A DNA stretch of 64,000 nucleotides, taken from NCBI GenBank assembly GCA_051047955.1, contig JBPGPT010000037.1, positions 1-64,000 of the forward strand, given 5' to 3'. The stretch comes from Cystobasidiomycetes sp. EMM_F5 (lineage: Eukaryota). The translations under genes and the position numbers were made by a program. The notes under the pieces are model-generated. The model ran no database searches and was not told the origin of the DNA. It saw only the letters and a list, made by a program, of their open reading frames with translations. Position 1 is the stretch's first letter. Each line of letters begins with the position of its first letter. Positions 52,273-64,000 of the stretch are shown here, one piece after another.

Positions 52273-55075
52273 ATGTCCGGAGTGAGCTGCGGGTTGTTTA
52301 TTATTATCAAGTCACAGCACGAGATGCTAAACACTCTGCTTCATCTCAGGATGTTCTCGCTCAGGTTGGCCTCCCTGGATGGGCCCTGGTCGACGCGATA
52401 CTGCAAAGAAATGGCAGCAGAGACGGCGAGGAGATTGACGGTGACGGCGAGGAGACGGCAGTAGCAGCTCAGAGACGACGATGGAGGCTCAGACTCGCAC
52501 TCGGACTGGCGGCGTGGTGTGTTTTGTGGTGGACGAGCAGGTGGGCAGACGGTGCCATGATGGGGGAGAGAACGGCGACGACAGCGCTCGTAAGTCATTC
52601 CGAGACGTACCCTCGCTCGAATGGACGCCATCCCCGCTCGCCGTCGACTCGGAATCCCCGACATTCCGACTTGGTCTTCAACTCGACAGCCTACCTCGAC
52701 CCGGTCCGCCGTCATCCTGGGCCACCGCGCATTACTTCTCTACGGCAGTACATATCTGCACGCACTTCCGCATTCGATGCCCGATCCTTCATCTCGCTCC
52801 ACTCGAAAGCAGGGATTGGGATAGTGACACCCCAATACCTGTATGCCACAATCACCGCCGTCATTGTGCACTCGCCAGAAGTACACATTGACAGCACACA
52901 GCTCGTGGTTGACATGGCATCGAGGTATCCTTTTGTGCGAGAGATTATCGTGTGGAACAACGACCTCACACTGCGAGCTGTGGGTGCAATGGGCGGGTAC
53001 AAAGATTGTCCTTACTGATTCACATCCTTGTTCTCGGCGTCATCCACAGACACTCTCTGTCCCTCTGTCCGCCAAACTAGGCTTCCCCGCTCCTGTCCTC
53101 CGACTCATCAACGCACCAACATCGTTTTCACACCCCTCCTCGCAACCTATACATAGACTCATGCCTCCATCGCACGGAAAACACCACGCTTGCTCCCTCG
53201 CGTCGCATTCAGCTTGTCTCTTTCTCTCTCCGTCTCTCCTGCCCATCCATCTCGATTCCCTCTACACCCTATACCTTTCTATATTTAGCCCCGCATATAA
53301 GCAGTCTCAAGCCGATCCATCTAGCCATTCCCAAACCTCATCATCTCCTGCTCCATCTCCACCACTGCAAGCAGCCGCAATAGTCAATGCAGACACGTAC
53401 TATCGCTTACAGCACCTCCGCTTTGAAAATCACGAGGTGGACCTTCATACAGGGCTACTGTTGGCTTCTCCGCAGTCTGACTTGCAAGAACATATTGCAT
53501 CCAAAGAAGCGAGCAGGAGATGGTTTAGGCAGATGTACACTCTCAACCCGGATTTCGCAATTGGTGATGATGCGGCCGATGCAGTATGGTCTACTTGGAT
53601 GAATGCGCCACCTAGACTGGTAAATACGTTCATGCACTTGTTGCGTGCATCGTCTGTCGATGCTGACAATGTCGTTCTTTGTTGAACAGCTTGTAGCGCC
53701 CCCGATGCCAATAGTGGAATCGACAACAAAAGTGCCTGTCAATACGGCAGCCAGGCGATTACAAGATAGTACTGTGCTAGCCGCTGTACAGTCACTATAT
53801 GATGTCTTGAAAGCGCAAGACCCTTTCCTGTCACCTGAGCCTTTCCCTCTTGCTCGGCCTACGGCGCCCGTAGACTCGAATCATCTCCCATTATTGGCGC
53901 CCAGTCACGATGACCGTGCAATCTTCATTTCCAATATGCACGCCTTTGAAAAACAGCCTTCTGCACTACCATTCCGTCTGCTCCGCGATGATCGAAAAGC
54001 GCGCCTGGCAAGAGGTCTAGACAGCGTCGCTCTCGGTGGGCATGGTGGTCTTCTGGCCCGCATTTTTGGCAAGAAGCAAGTTTTGTCGACTCTTGAACAG
54101 GCCGCTGGCAATCAAGTTCCACTTGCAGGAGACACGCACTTTGATCCATATTTGCTAGAGTCTATGGGAGAGTATGAAGCGCTCTGGCACAACAATGCGC
54201 CCTCGTCGTCGTCATCCGCCTTTTGGTCTGATGCAGATATGGATAAAGCGTCAATTTTTCCGCCGACTTTGGAAGATTGGAAATTGTCGTTATCGCCCTA
54301 TCGTGCCGTCAATGGCCGACTTCCCGTGGTCGAAGAGGGTGATGCAGACGGTCGAGCTGTTGGAGCAAAGGTCAATGCGACATGCTGGACTTCACCGCTT
54401 GCACCCACCAAAGGTGACTTTTTCGGACTGTATTTCACACTCCCACGGCACATACTTGGTCAAGTGACCGTCTATGGCTCTGAAATATTTGGTAATATAG
54501 TCGGAGCAAACCAGGAGGACTTGACGGCCGAAAGTTGGGACGTCGAGACGCTTGCTGCTACTGCTGCTAATCAGCATGATCTTGATACTGAGCGGGCAGA
54601 ACCAATGTGGATCAAGAGAACGCTAGAAAATGTGCCTACCATCAAGCGCTTGAGTGAAGGTGCGCAGTATTGGCGTGTCAGCTTCACACTGCAGCCCCTA
54701 CGGACGGAGGATGCAGCGGATATGCAACTACTAGCGGAGGAACCTGAGCGGAAATTGCAAGATACGATACTGCGAGATGAAACGACCGAGACGGGAGATG
54801 AGGAAGGAGACCAAGTGATGCGCATACGGAAAAGGTCGCCCCCTGTTGAGCGCGATGCCCATTCGCCGATAGATGATGACGACGATGACGATCATATAAT
54901 GACACCGATACGACAGAACGACAATAGACGAATAGCGACGCCATTTGGCAGCCCGGATGCCATCGGGAACAGTGCAAAGACTGATGCAATAAGGGCGATA
55001 CGATTTACGAGTAGAGATAGAAAGGGCAGCCGGATCAAGGTGTGCGGGTGGATCATTGATGATGCGACCTTTTAG
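52273..55075 (+). CDS. Putative type II membrane protein with a GT64/EXT-like GT-A region
   Basis: 9-nt first exon (ATGTCCGGA) then intron 52282-52349. RRRWRLR precedes the hydrophobic LALGLAAWCVLWW. ITAVIV...RYPFVREIIVWNND resembles GT64-like proteins. Long ORFs continue to 55075. Confidence 0.6.
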
Positions 55076-55186
55076 ATAATGATCTTTAGTAATCATAAGT
55101 GTATCGTTGTATATCGACAAGTTTGAATGCATTCAAGCTTGGACGCGACCAAATATGAAGCTGTGAAAAGAAGGCCGTCAACCCCG

Positions 55187-57793
55187 ATGGACACGCTGGC
55201 ACCGTCACCGTCGCCGTACGCCAGTCGGCAGGCGTCGCCGTCGTTGCTGTCGCGCGAGAGTTACGTCGTGAATGGCGGAAGCAATCCCGATATAATACCC
55301 AGCAGCAGCAATGGCAACAGCAATAGCGGCACCGCCAGTGCTCCGCGCAGTCTGGCACTCAAGATATCGCGGCTGCTGTCGACGAGCTTGGAAGACGCTG
55401 GCACAAGAACAGCGCTCGAGACGCTCGACGAGTTTGGACTGGCTGACGGCGACAACGATGCGGAGACGGCGACGACAAAGACGAGCAGAGGAAACGCAGC
55501 AGAGGGCAAGTCGGCAAGAACGCGCAGGCTCCGAGCGGAGATCGATAGAAGACTGCTCGCAGACAGCAACCGTTTCCTGGTAGCTTTCAAGGATGTCAAC
55601 GATGTGGGTGATGCTGCGCGAAAGATGAGTAGAGGAGCGCTGAATGGAGCAGTCGTCACTTCTCGTCATGTCCGTCGACTCGCCTGCAGAAACTCGCCCA
55701 ATTGCAATCCCATCTGACGAGCATGCACGGCGTTGTTGACGGTGTGGAAGCACAGTTAGCTACCGCCAACAGCGGGACAAAGCATCTGCTCGCATCCGCA
55801 GCTTCACTCCGTGCTGAACGTCTGGCAACCGCAGACAAACAGGCTATCGTTACTGTCTTTCTTCGACGCTTTACGCTGACCGAGAGCGAGGTACAAGCTC
55901 TGACGAGCAGAGAGGTCCTTGTGGGGAAAGAGGTCTTCGACGCCATCGCGCGCACCGAAGAAATACGTGAGGACTGCCGAGTGTTGATGAGCGGCGATGC
56001 GGTCGAAGAGGCGAAAGCTGGGTGAGTCGGGATACCGCTACTTTAGCCGTCAGTGCAATGACATTTGGCATCAGTATGGAGGTTATGCTCGTAACTTCCC
56101 AACATCTTGATGGCGCATTCAACAAGCTACACAGATACGCAGCCTCTGCCGCCCGCAACTACACATCTCGTCCAGAAGTTTTAGATAACGTTTCGCCAAC
56201 CCTCAGGCAAGCTCTACAGCTGCTCAAGGTCAATCGCAACGATCTCTTTGAAGATGTCTTGAATCTACTCTCCAATACCCGATCGTCCGCCCTAAGTAGC
56301 ATGTTTATCGAAGCACTGACCCGAGGCCACGATCCTGCTGCATCAAACAAGGGGCGCGATACGAGGGAGGCTGCAAGAAGCGGCAGTGCTGCAGCTCGGC
56401 CTATAGAGCTGCATGCTCACGATCCCATACGATATGTCGGTGACATCTTGGCTTGGGTACATCAAGCCATGGCAGGCGAACGAGAATTTTTGGAGAATCT
56501 GTTTGGAATGAAGGATTCTGGCAGACTTGTCGGTCAAGCGAGACCCTCTCTGTCTGTATACGCCCCTCCGAATAGTACGGCGTCTCCAACTGCGATGGAA
56601 AGTCTGTCGGGCGTTACGCTGTCGGATGAAGCTCGCTTGCGGAGCCTCCTTGACAAGAACCTCGAAGGGTGTGGTCGACCTCTTCGAACGCGCATCCAAC
56701 AGACCATAAAGTCCAATCTCTTAATATCCGCCATTACAACATACCAGGTATTCCAACTACTCCAATTCTACAGGGTGCTCATGCGAAAGGTCATGGGCGT
56801 ACAAGCTGGACTATGTCAGACATTGACAGATCTAGCGACTTTTGCGAACCGAGCCTTCTTTGACACGATAGAAGACCAAGGCAGGTCTTTATTACGGAAT
56901 ATTCAGCCGCCATCAGTAGATCTCAGACCGCCGCTTGCGGTACGTGACGCACTCAGTACGCTCAGGGAGGTCTTGATGGTGCACAAGCAAAGTCTGCTGG
57001 ATGAGGAAGATAGAGGCGAACTGGATGATTTTGAGGCTGTGCTGGAAGCTGCTCTGGCGCCAGTCATCGAGCTCGTTGATCGCATGAAGGGAATGAAGCC
57101 ACAAGAAGCCGAAGCCTGCATCTTCGATTGCAATTGTATCGTACAAATACAGGCGAGTCCCCACAGGATTGCGGTCCCCTTCTCCTGCGCTTACTCGTTT
57201 CTTCCTCACCCTGAAGCAATCGCTAGAACCGTATCCCGAATTCTCCGCAAAGCGCATGTCGAGTCTTGAAGCGCGCCTGAAGAGCCTTCTGGACAAGCTC
57301 ATCACCACGCATGTAAGCACCTGTAATCAAAAGATGAGCTCTTGTACTTTGCTGAGTGCAGTGATAAATGTCAGTATGCTACGCTCGTACAAGAGAGTGG
57401 ACTCTCATCAGTTTTGGCAGCGCTCGAGCCCAATATTGATCAGGTAAATACAGACCGCAAGCAGATGAGCGGACTAGCCCTCTAATCCGTCGATTTCAGA
57501 CTTCACCTCCTCAAGCCTTGTCTAGTAAAGCAGCCGCATCCTCCGAGCAGATCAGCAGTGCAAGTCGCGTATTTGACAGTTTCCTTCGCCACATCGACAC
57601 GCTCTCCTCTCCCCGCCTCACTCTTCTCACATCGCATAAACTGGCAATAGAGGTGCATCAAGCAGCACTGAGTAAACTCGAGGCATCTTATCGCCGTCTC
57701 TTCTCTACAGTCTCGGATCCTACCAATCAGTATCCGCCGAACATATTGCATCGGAGTCCAGATGAAGTTCGCATGTTGCTGTTGGCCAATTGA
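55187..57793 (+). CDS. COG6: Conserved oligomeric Golgi complex subunit 6
   Basis: FLRRFTLTE.E...L and RPIELHAHDPIRYVGDILAWVHQAMAGEREFLE.LF. Confidence 0.93.
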
Positions 57794-57928
57794 TCTGTGC
57801 ATTCTAACCATGTCGTTGTATGAACGCAAGCTTCAGATCAGACATCAAACTCGAATGCATTCTTTCCGTCCGTTGTTCTCAGATTATGTCGTCACGGCCG
57901 CTCAGCTCTATACCCAAAGTCGACCAAA

Positions 57929-58492
57929 ATGCTTCGCAGACTACTGCCCATATCTTCCAGCTCAGCACTGCTCAGAATGCCGCTCGCTCGCTTTCTTTCA
58001 TCCTCTCAGCCGCTCGTCCCAGCGGAATCCACGCCCGTTCCCAGCACGAGCAATCTCAAACAAGCGCAAGGCAGCCAACAGCCCAAACGGCAAAAGCGCA
58101 GCGGTCCAATCATCGCACCGAAAGCTGTGCATATCGAGGAGAGGCCGTCGCGACCGCTGTACAGCCTAGAGAGGGCAGGCGTCGCTCAGAGCTTGCCAGT
58201 CTACTCGGACATTCGCAATGGCGGATCGCGGCAGGAAGTGCTGATTCGCAAAGTCCGCGGAGACCTTGGTGTGAGTTTGATGGGAATATATGCTGTCTCT
58301 GTGCTGAATATTGTTCTTTGGTGCGTGTCACTGCAGGCTCTCGCTCAAGACATACGGACGACATTTGGGACGCAACAGACGTCCAAGCTTCGCATCACAG
58401 TCAAGTCCAACAACGGAAGCGTGGTCATCGGAGGGCAAGGTGCGCCAGCAGTACATGAGATCAAGGACTGGCTGGCTGCGCAGGGGCATTGA
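57929..58492 (+). CDS. IMG2: Mitochondrial ribosomal protein mL49 (Img2)
   Basis: Presequence-like start; SLPVYSDIRNGG....IRKVRGD and IKDWL..QG. One in-frame intron about 58271-58337. Confidence 0.88.
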   Translation: MLRRLLPISSSSALLRMPLARFLSSSQPLVPAESTPVPSTSNLKQAQGSQQPKRQKRSGPIIAPKAVHIEERPSRPLYSLERAGVAQSLPVYSDIRNGGSRQEVLIRKVRGDLGVSLMGIYAVSVLNIVLWCVSLQALAQDIRTTFGTQQTSKLRITVKSNNGSVVIGGQGAPAVHEIKDWLAAQGH

Positions 58493-58695
58493 TGCAGCAA
58501 AACTTGGCTAGGAAATATCGAAGAAACGGCGGCATGTTTGGGAATCGAAGGAAGTTTGTTGTGAGAGTTTATACGCATCTACCGTCAGAGTCTTCGTAGT
58601 CGTGCATGTAAATGTAATTCGAGCACATCAATTGTTGTGAAGCTGTTCGTCAACATGGGTATCCTTTGTACCGACCTGCGGGCACAGCTGCAAAC

Positions 58696-60890
58696 ATGGC
58701 AGAATACATCGGGACCATGATTAGCCTGACGAGCAGGAGCGACATACGCTACATTGGCAAGCTCGAGGGTGCGGTGCAGTCAACTCCGAACGAATGGAGA
58801 GCCAGTAAAAACTGAAGACTTCGTCAACCCCAGCCGTCAATACCACCGAGGCCACTGTTTCGCTCTCTGGTGGTGAGCAAGATAGCAAGATGAAGCTACT
58901 CATTGGGCGTGTCGCTGAGACGATGCCTGTGTTTTCACTCAGTCCGCTCACTAGGCACAGAGGGCCGTAAAGGTGATCCAGCGCTCGAAATACCGCCGAA
59001 CGAAGCAGTATACGAGTAAGGATCTTTAGTCTCGTATGGTAACGTCCTTCTTGAGCTGACATCTGCAACAGCTTCATCGTATTCCGGGCCTCCGACGTCA
59101 AGAATCTCACGTTTGAGCCAAGTGCGCCCCCGCAGGCAGCTCCTCCGCCGATGCCTGAGGATCCTGCTATCATGAGCGTAGGCAGAAGTGCGTCTTGTGC
59201 ACCAAATCTCTGCTGATTCGGCACGGTCCTGCAGTCGCAACGACCGGCAAACATGCAACAAAATTCGCAGAGCCAGGTCCGTCAGCAGCCAACACAGCCA
59301 GCCCAAGAGCAGCAGCAAGCCAAGCAGGAACCATTTCAAAATCAACGTCAGAATCAATCCCAGCAAAACCAGTCACCCAGACAGGATTCGATGCCCCCTC
59401 AGAATGTAGGTCATATGGGCGGTCCTGGCTTTCCTGGTTCGCCTTGGGGACCGCATCCAATGTACAATGGTCCTGGTCCGTATGGATATGGTATGCTTCC
59501 ACCTCCGCCTGGTATGATGATGCCTCCACCTGGTATGGGAGGACCCGGACCCGGACCTCAATCTCCATACTCCGGTCCATTCGCTCAGCAAGCTGCCCAT
59601 CAGCCATGGGGCAACATGCCGATGGGTGCTGGCCCTGGGGGATTTGGTGGCTTCCCGCCCAGACCTATGCAAGGTGGATTCATGTCTCCTCCACCAAATC
59701 AGCAACAACAGCAACCTGTTGCATCAAAGCCCAAGGATGCCGACAAGCCCATCGTCACAACAACAAACGCTCTACCAGATTCAGCTGCTCCGCCCGAGAA
59801 AGAGCAACCTACAGTATCGACAAGCAGTGCGGCAGCTCAGAACCCGTCTCGACACCCACAAACTCAGGCAAAGGCAACACCCAAAGCTCCATCCATTCAG
59901 CAGACTCGCTCTCAGACAAGTCAGCAACAGAGTAGCTCATCTCAAGGAGCTGTCATTCCCCCGTTTCCCGCTGGTATGGCTGTGCAAACGGCCGATCAGC
60001 TCGACAAGCCTGCAACTGGTAGTCAAGCTCAGGCTCAAGCGGGTGTCGCCAAAGTGGAGAACCGCGCTCAGCCATCTGCTTCCGCTTCTGGTACACAAAA
60101 TGCTCAAAATCAAACACAGGCCAAATCGAAGCCTACGCCAACATCTTTTGCGTCTGCAGTCAGCGCCACCACGTTTAATGGTAAACCTGTTGCGACAGCT
60201 GGTCCCGCCCTTCAAGCCAAGCAGCAACAGCAACAGGTAGCTGCTGCTACACCTGTCACTCGACCAGGTGCCAACGATGTACAAAAGCTCGCCAAAGATA
60301 TTGAATCGCTATCGACCGGTCCAGCTACCGATGGCCAGCAAAGAGGTCCGCAGTCTGGAACTGGCGCAGATGGCCAAGGTTCAAGGGGAGGCAGAGCATT
60401 CTCAGCAGGAGGAAGAGGAGGAAGAGGTCGCGGCGGTATCGCAAACGGCGTTGGCGCGCCTCGTCAAAATGGTCGCGAGCAATCTTCTCTACGCTCAAAT
60501 GTACCCGTGCCCTCGAGCGATTTCGATTTCGCTGCTTCCAACGAACGCTTCGACAAGCAGAATGTCCAATTGAAGAAAGCTGGTGAAGGTGCATCTGCGG
60601 GCGCGGTTGATATTCCTGCGGCATCACCAGAAGCGTTTTACGACAAGGCAAGCTCGTTCTTCGACACGATATCATCAGACTTGAATACCTCGAGCGGCAA
60701 CGATCGCTTTGACAGAAATCAGGAACGCAGCAAAAACATGGCCACCTTTGGCCAGGCAGAGGCTAGCGGTAACTTCAGGGGAAGAGGACGTGGATACCGA
60801 GGAGGAGGCGGTCGCGGCAGAGGCGGAAGCAGAGGAGGTGCTTCTGGATTTGACGGCAATCGAGGGCGAGGTGACTCGGCGGTGAGCTAG
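58696..60890 (+). CDS. SCD6: Scd6/Lsm14 P-body protein
   Basis: LSm domain YIG..ISLTS..DIRY.G, V.S.GTEGR, FIVFRASDVK; FDF, FFD and TFG motifs; RGG tail. Confidence 0.92.
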
Positions 60891-61234
60891 CTTGACGGAC
60901 CGTCGCCCAGGAAGCTCCTGACTAAGTGCTTCGACAGCCTCGTCAAGCCTCGGCAGCGCAATGAAACGGATAGTAAAGGTCGCGTCTACAAATCGCTCTC
61001 GTAATACAGAACGTAAGTGGAAATAGCGGTGCGAGCGCGGCCGCAGAGCAAGACATGAATGTTGTCAGTGAATGGACCAGGCAACATGACGAAGCATGCG
61101 AATGCAAGTACAATGATAAAGCCGTGCATGCATTGCTTGATATCCGAGGTGTGTTGCCACAATCGATCTGCGACTTTGCGATTTAGACATTCTTTGAGCG
61201 TTTGCAATGTCTGCCCCATTGTGGTTTGGGAATC

Positions 61235-62699
61235 ATGTCCAACGATGCTGCGATTGAGAAGCCCGCTCGAGTCCTGATTGCTGGATTTGGACTTGGTGAG
61301 CTCTGCGCCTTTACCGGACATGCTGTTTGCCACATTCTGAAACCTATCTGATAACTCGCAGGCGGAGCCGCTTTTGCGCTGGCACTGGCTCGCAAAGGCG
61401 TGGAGAGTTTGATATTTGAGAGTCGCAACGAAGGCAACGTCGCTGGAAAAGGCCGGGCTATCAATCTATCACCGTATGTCATGATGGCCTTCGAAGGTAT
61501 CTTACTACTGACGGTGCTGCCCGTGTAGTAACGGATGTCGCGTTTTGGATCAACTCGGGGTTTGGGACGAGGTATCGCAGCATGGCACGCTGTTTGATAC
61601 CATGTATGTCGTGAGTTGCGATGTCGACGATATCGCATAACCACGCTGATTTCCACTATAGGTCAAGTCGAATGGCGGAGCTATTGGAGGTCTACACATT
61701 GGATCAGATACAAAGTATGGCTACCGCGCCTGCGGAATATGGCGAAGCGAAGTACATGAAGCGATGACGAGAGCGTTGGAAGCTACCGGAAAGTGCGAAA
61801 TACGATACAATACTCGCGTACAGGCGGTTCATCAAGACGAACACAGTGTATCTGTCGATCTATCAGACGGCAGAACAGAAACAGGTGACTGGCTTATCGG
61901 ATGCGATGGCGTTCGAAGCGTGGTCCGAAAGAGCATGTTTGGCGAAGACCTGCCTATACAGTACGAGGGCATGCTGGCGGTTGATGGCATTGCGGACTTG
62001 GGTAAAATCGAGCTCGAGAAGCACCACATGTAAGTGTGGGCATTTGCACATCTATATGGGGCTGAGCTCAGATTTGTACACAGTCCTCCAAACGCAATGA
62101 TCTTCGGTCAATCTGGAGCCGGCGGCTTCTATCAGTGTGGCGATGCCTCCAAAGGCGAAAAAGTGACAATGTGGAGTGTTATGATGCGCATACCTGAGCG
62201 GGACCGAGCTGGGTGGAAGGAATTTGTTGATTCTGGCGAAGCTCTGGAAACGGCGAAGGAAAGAATCAAGGGCTGGGGTTCACCGATGGAGACTCTACTT
62301 CAGACAACCGATAACGCAAGCTGTACGCTTTGGCCGTTCTACTGGGTACCTAAGCTTCCGCACTGGCATAGCGGGCGATGCGTTCTTATGGGTGATGCAG
62401 CTCATGCGATGCCGCCGTTTGCAGGACAAGGGACAGCGCAAGCACTTGAAGACGCGATGGTTCTCAGCCGTATTTTCACAGAGGGCGGGACTTTCGAAGC
62501 GTACGAGCGGGAACGGTGCAAGCGGACAGAAGGGATCAGGACAATGACTTCTGTCGCTGGCGCATGGTTTCAACCGACGGACAGCTGGCTGGCGTATAAC
62601 TTCAAGATGTATTCCCTCATGCTGACCATTCCATATAGTACGTGGAGGGGAAATGACGGGATATACAATTATGACGGCGCAATTGTGCCTGTCCAATAG
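61235..62699 (+). CDS. Group A FAD-dependent monooxygenase (salicylate hydroxylase/zeaxanthin epoxidase-like)
   Basis: VLIAGFGLG|G dinucleotide motif, LIGCDGVRSVVR (DG motif) and LMGDAAHAMPPFAGQG (GD motif). Confidence 0.9.
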
Positions 62700-62901
62700 C
62701 TTCGGAGAGATCACGTCGCCTGCGCATAATCTGTTGTTGCAACATTACGTACATGTCTTTCCTCAGACGTCTGCTCATATTTTTCGCGGAGTTCGGGCTG
62801 CACTCCGGAAGACCGGTCATGACCGGCTGCCATAAAATCAGTACAACCTTAACATTTCGCCAATCAAGTCGCGCGACTGAGCTGAGCTCCTTCCTGCATC
62901 C

Positions 62902-64000
62902 ATGAATCGTCTTGTAAACGGCCTGCAGCCTGGGCTACGGGCCAACAAAGGCTTCCAGGCGCTCGCTCAGCAAGGTAGCCGGTATGCATCAACATCTGCG
63001 CACGGCGTCGAATCTTGCGGAGTCATCGGGGCTGGTCAAATGGGCCTGGGTATTGCATATGTTGCTGCAAGAGTAAGTCGTGTGCACATTGACGCTGTTT
63101 GTCAGATGATTGACTTGCCTACCGCAGTACGCGAAAGTGGACGTGCATCTGGTTGAAGCATCTCAGCCGGCTCTCGCCAAAGCGCTACAGAAGCTAGGTA
63201 TATAGTGCTACTTGAAAGCTCCCCACACAGTGTGTCTCACGCTCGTCTCCGTACAGACGCTTTATTATCGAAAGACGTCAGCAAGAAGAACATCACATCC
63301 GATGAAGCCGAGGCAATCAGACAACGCATCAAGCCCGTCAACAGCATACAGGCTTATGCAGAACGAGAAGTCCAACTCGTTATGGAAGCGGTCTCGGAAT
63401 CCTTGCCGGTCAAACAGAGAGTCTTCAGTGAACTCGCAACGCATTGCTCGCCGAGCACAATTCTGGCTACAAATACCTCTAGCATCTCCATTGCTAGAAT
63501 AGCTGCGAGCGCGTGCAGCTCTTCCGCTACCTCTGAAGAAAAGCAGACAAGTGCGAGCAGGGTCATTGGGCTGCACTGGATGCAACCTGTCCCGGTAATG
63601 AAGCTCGTCGGTAGGTAATTGTCACCAGCGTCGCCATCCCTGACACTAATGTGTGCGTATCAGAATTGATACCGTGCGTACAGACCAATGAGGAAGTCTT
63701 GCGGCGTAGCAAAGCATTCGCGGAGACGTGCGGCAAGCAGGTGACGACGAGCGCTGATACGCCAGGTTTGCCCCATACGTTCCTCAAAAGGTATAGGCAA
63801 CCTCTCATATCGATACATTCACAGGTTTCCTTGCGAACCGTATTCTTCTACCATACATCAACGAGGCCATCATTTGCCTGGAAACAGTACGTCCAACATG
63901 CAAACATCCGTCGTGTGAGCACTGATGTGATTTGGCATCTTTACTCTGCAGGGTGTGGGTAATCGCGAAGATCTGGATACTACCGCCAAATTGGGTTTTG
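62902..64000 (+). CDS. 3-hydroxybutyryl/3-hydroxyacyl-CoA dehydrogenase, probably mitochondrial (3' end outside the window)
   Basis: GVIGAGQMGLGIA, EAVSE, ILATNTSSISI, GLHWMQPVPVMKLV and DTPG|FLANR. Confidence 0.93.

Noticed and set aside
62902..62940. Possible PTS2 in the dehydrogenase N-terminus (RLVNGLQPG)
   Set aside because: Positions 8-9 are P-G rather than H/Q-L/A; it fits a mitochondrial presequence better.
2230..63960. ORF breaks suggesting pseudogenes or frameshifts
   Set aside because: The breaks I examined coincide with GT/GC-AG introns that restore the frame.
10269..64000. Lipid or secondary-metabolite gene cluster (reductases, PPAT, thiolase, monooxygenase, dehydrogenase)
   Set aside because: Spread over more than 50 kb among housekeeping genes, with no PKS/NRPS, transporter or cluster-specific regulator.

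Overview
Gene-dense, intron-rich fungal genomic DNA. Short GT-AG introns with CTRAY branch points and the protein families point to a basidiomycete with a compact genome; the taxon is inferred, not proven. I can support 26 spliced protein-coding genes, mostly housekeeping: chitin synthase (5' part outside the window), TrpRS, a SET-domain protein, an Ngl/Angel nuclease, bL32m, two tandem fatty acyl-CoA reductase-like genes, PPAT, TMA20, NRDE2, isochorismatase, PRP2/DHX16, thiolase, Stm1-like, a PsuG-PsuK fusion, NDUFA5, NDUFA11, MedA-like, F-box/WD40, Sec9, G-alpha, an FHA-forkhead factor, a GT64-like protein, COG6, mL49, Scd6 and an FAD monooxygenase, plus a truncated 3-hydroxyacyl-CoA dehydrogenase at the right edge. 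I saw no rRNA, tRNA, transposon or CRISPR array. The best leads are: two diverged reductase paralogs that both end in the peroxisomal signal -ARL, with a TGACAG motif cluster between them; a thiolase carrying both a mitochondrial-type presequence and PTS1 -AKL; two long introns containing no internal AG; a TGA-CTA readthrough context on chitin synthase leading to a Cys-x-x-x end; and degenerate key motifs in the forkhead and GT64-like proteins. Gene models were spliced by eye and families recognised from remembered motifs; no searches were run.
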